In this document: piece by piece, positions 63,820 to 64,000 of the stretch
How the letters are laid out: every line of letters starts with the position of its first letter
Numbering within the stretch: position 1 is the first letter of the stretch
Origin: Candidatus Thorarchaeota archaeon
GTDB taxonomy: Archaea; Asgardarchaeota; Thorarchaeia; Thorarchaeales; Thorarchaeaceae
Assembly (NCBI GenBank): GCA_963726195.1
Contig: CAVSBO010000005.1
Coordinates: 1-64,000, forward strand
Length of the DNA stretch: 64,000 nt
Direction of reading: 5' to 3'
Position numbers and translations under genes: made by a program
Notes under the pieces: model-generated
The model's database searches: none
What the model saw: the letters and a program-made list of their open reading frames with translations, nothing else
Told to the model about the DNA's origin: nothing

Positions 63820-64000
63820 GAATGTACCTTCGGTTGTTGAGTTACGATTCCTGATTTAGAAGCTGCTTTAATGCTTGTCCCAGAACTGAGTAGACAAGCC
63901 GATGACTTCACCGCTGAGGAATCGAGAGTAGCCGGGTAGGCACTCTGCACCTGCATGACAGAGGTCGTGTCGCGCTAGAACGCCTATGTCACTCATCAGT

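Noticed and set aside
1-64000. tRNA, rRNA and CRISPR arrays; the many short antisense or nested ORFs
   Set aside because: No cloverleaf, rRNA signature or regularly spaced repeats were seen by eye. The nested ORFs are shadows of well-supported genes.

Overview
Chromosomal window from an anaerobic archaeon. It carries TFB, an archaeal-type LeuRS, two tungsten AOR-family oxidoreductases and a group 3c Mvh/Vhu [NiFe(Se)] hydrogenase. A selenoprotein with a eukaryote-like SECIS points to an Asgard lineage, plausibly Thorarchaeia (inference). Contents from left to right: the 3' part of a very large hypothetical gene with an orphan duplicate of its C-terminus; tfb; leuS; a vhuD-G-A-U hydrogenase operon; two AOR/Fe-S operons, each linked to a nucleobase-catabolism-type enzyme (allantoinase/dihydropyrimidinase-like, PreA/DHODH-like); a deaminase; a degenerate YgeW-like carbamoyltransferase; two B12 radical SAM enzymes; an ABC exporter; a tnpB-only IS200/IS605 element; hypC; and a ~23 kb glycosylation locus (41-64 kb). 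The main hidden feature, absent from the ORF track, is a 50-aa selenoprotein VhuU (11979-12131, minus strand, in-frame UGA). It is followed by a eukaryote-type SECIS whose AUGA core is the gene's own stop codon. About 14 single-base frameshifts, including one in the essential leuS, most likely reflect long-read indel errors. No tRNA, rRNA or CRISPR array was recognised.
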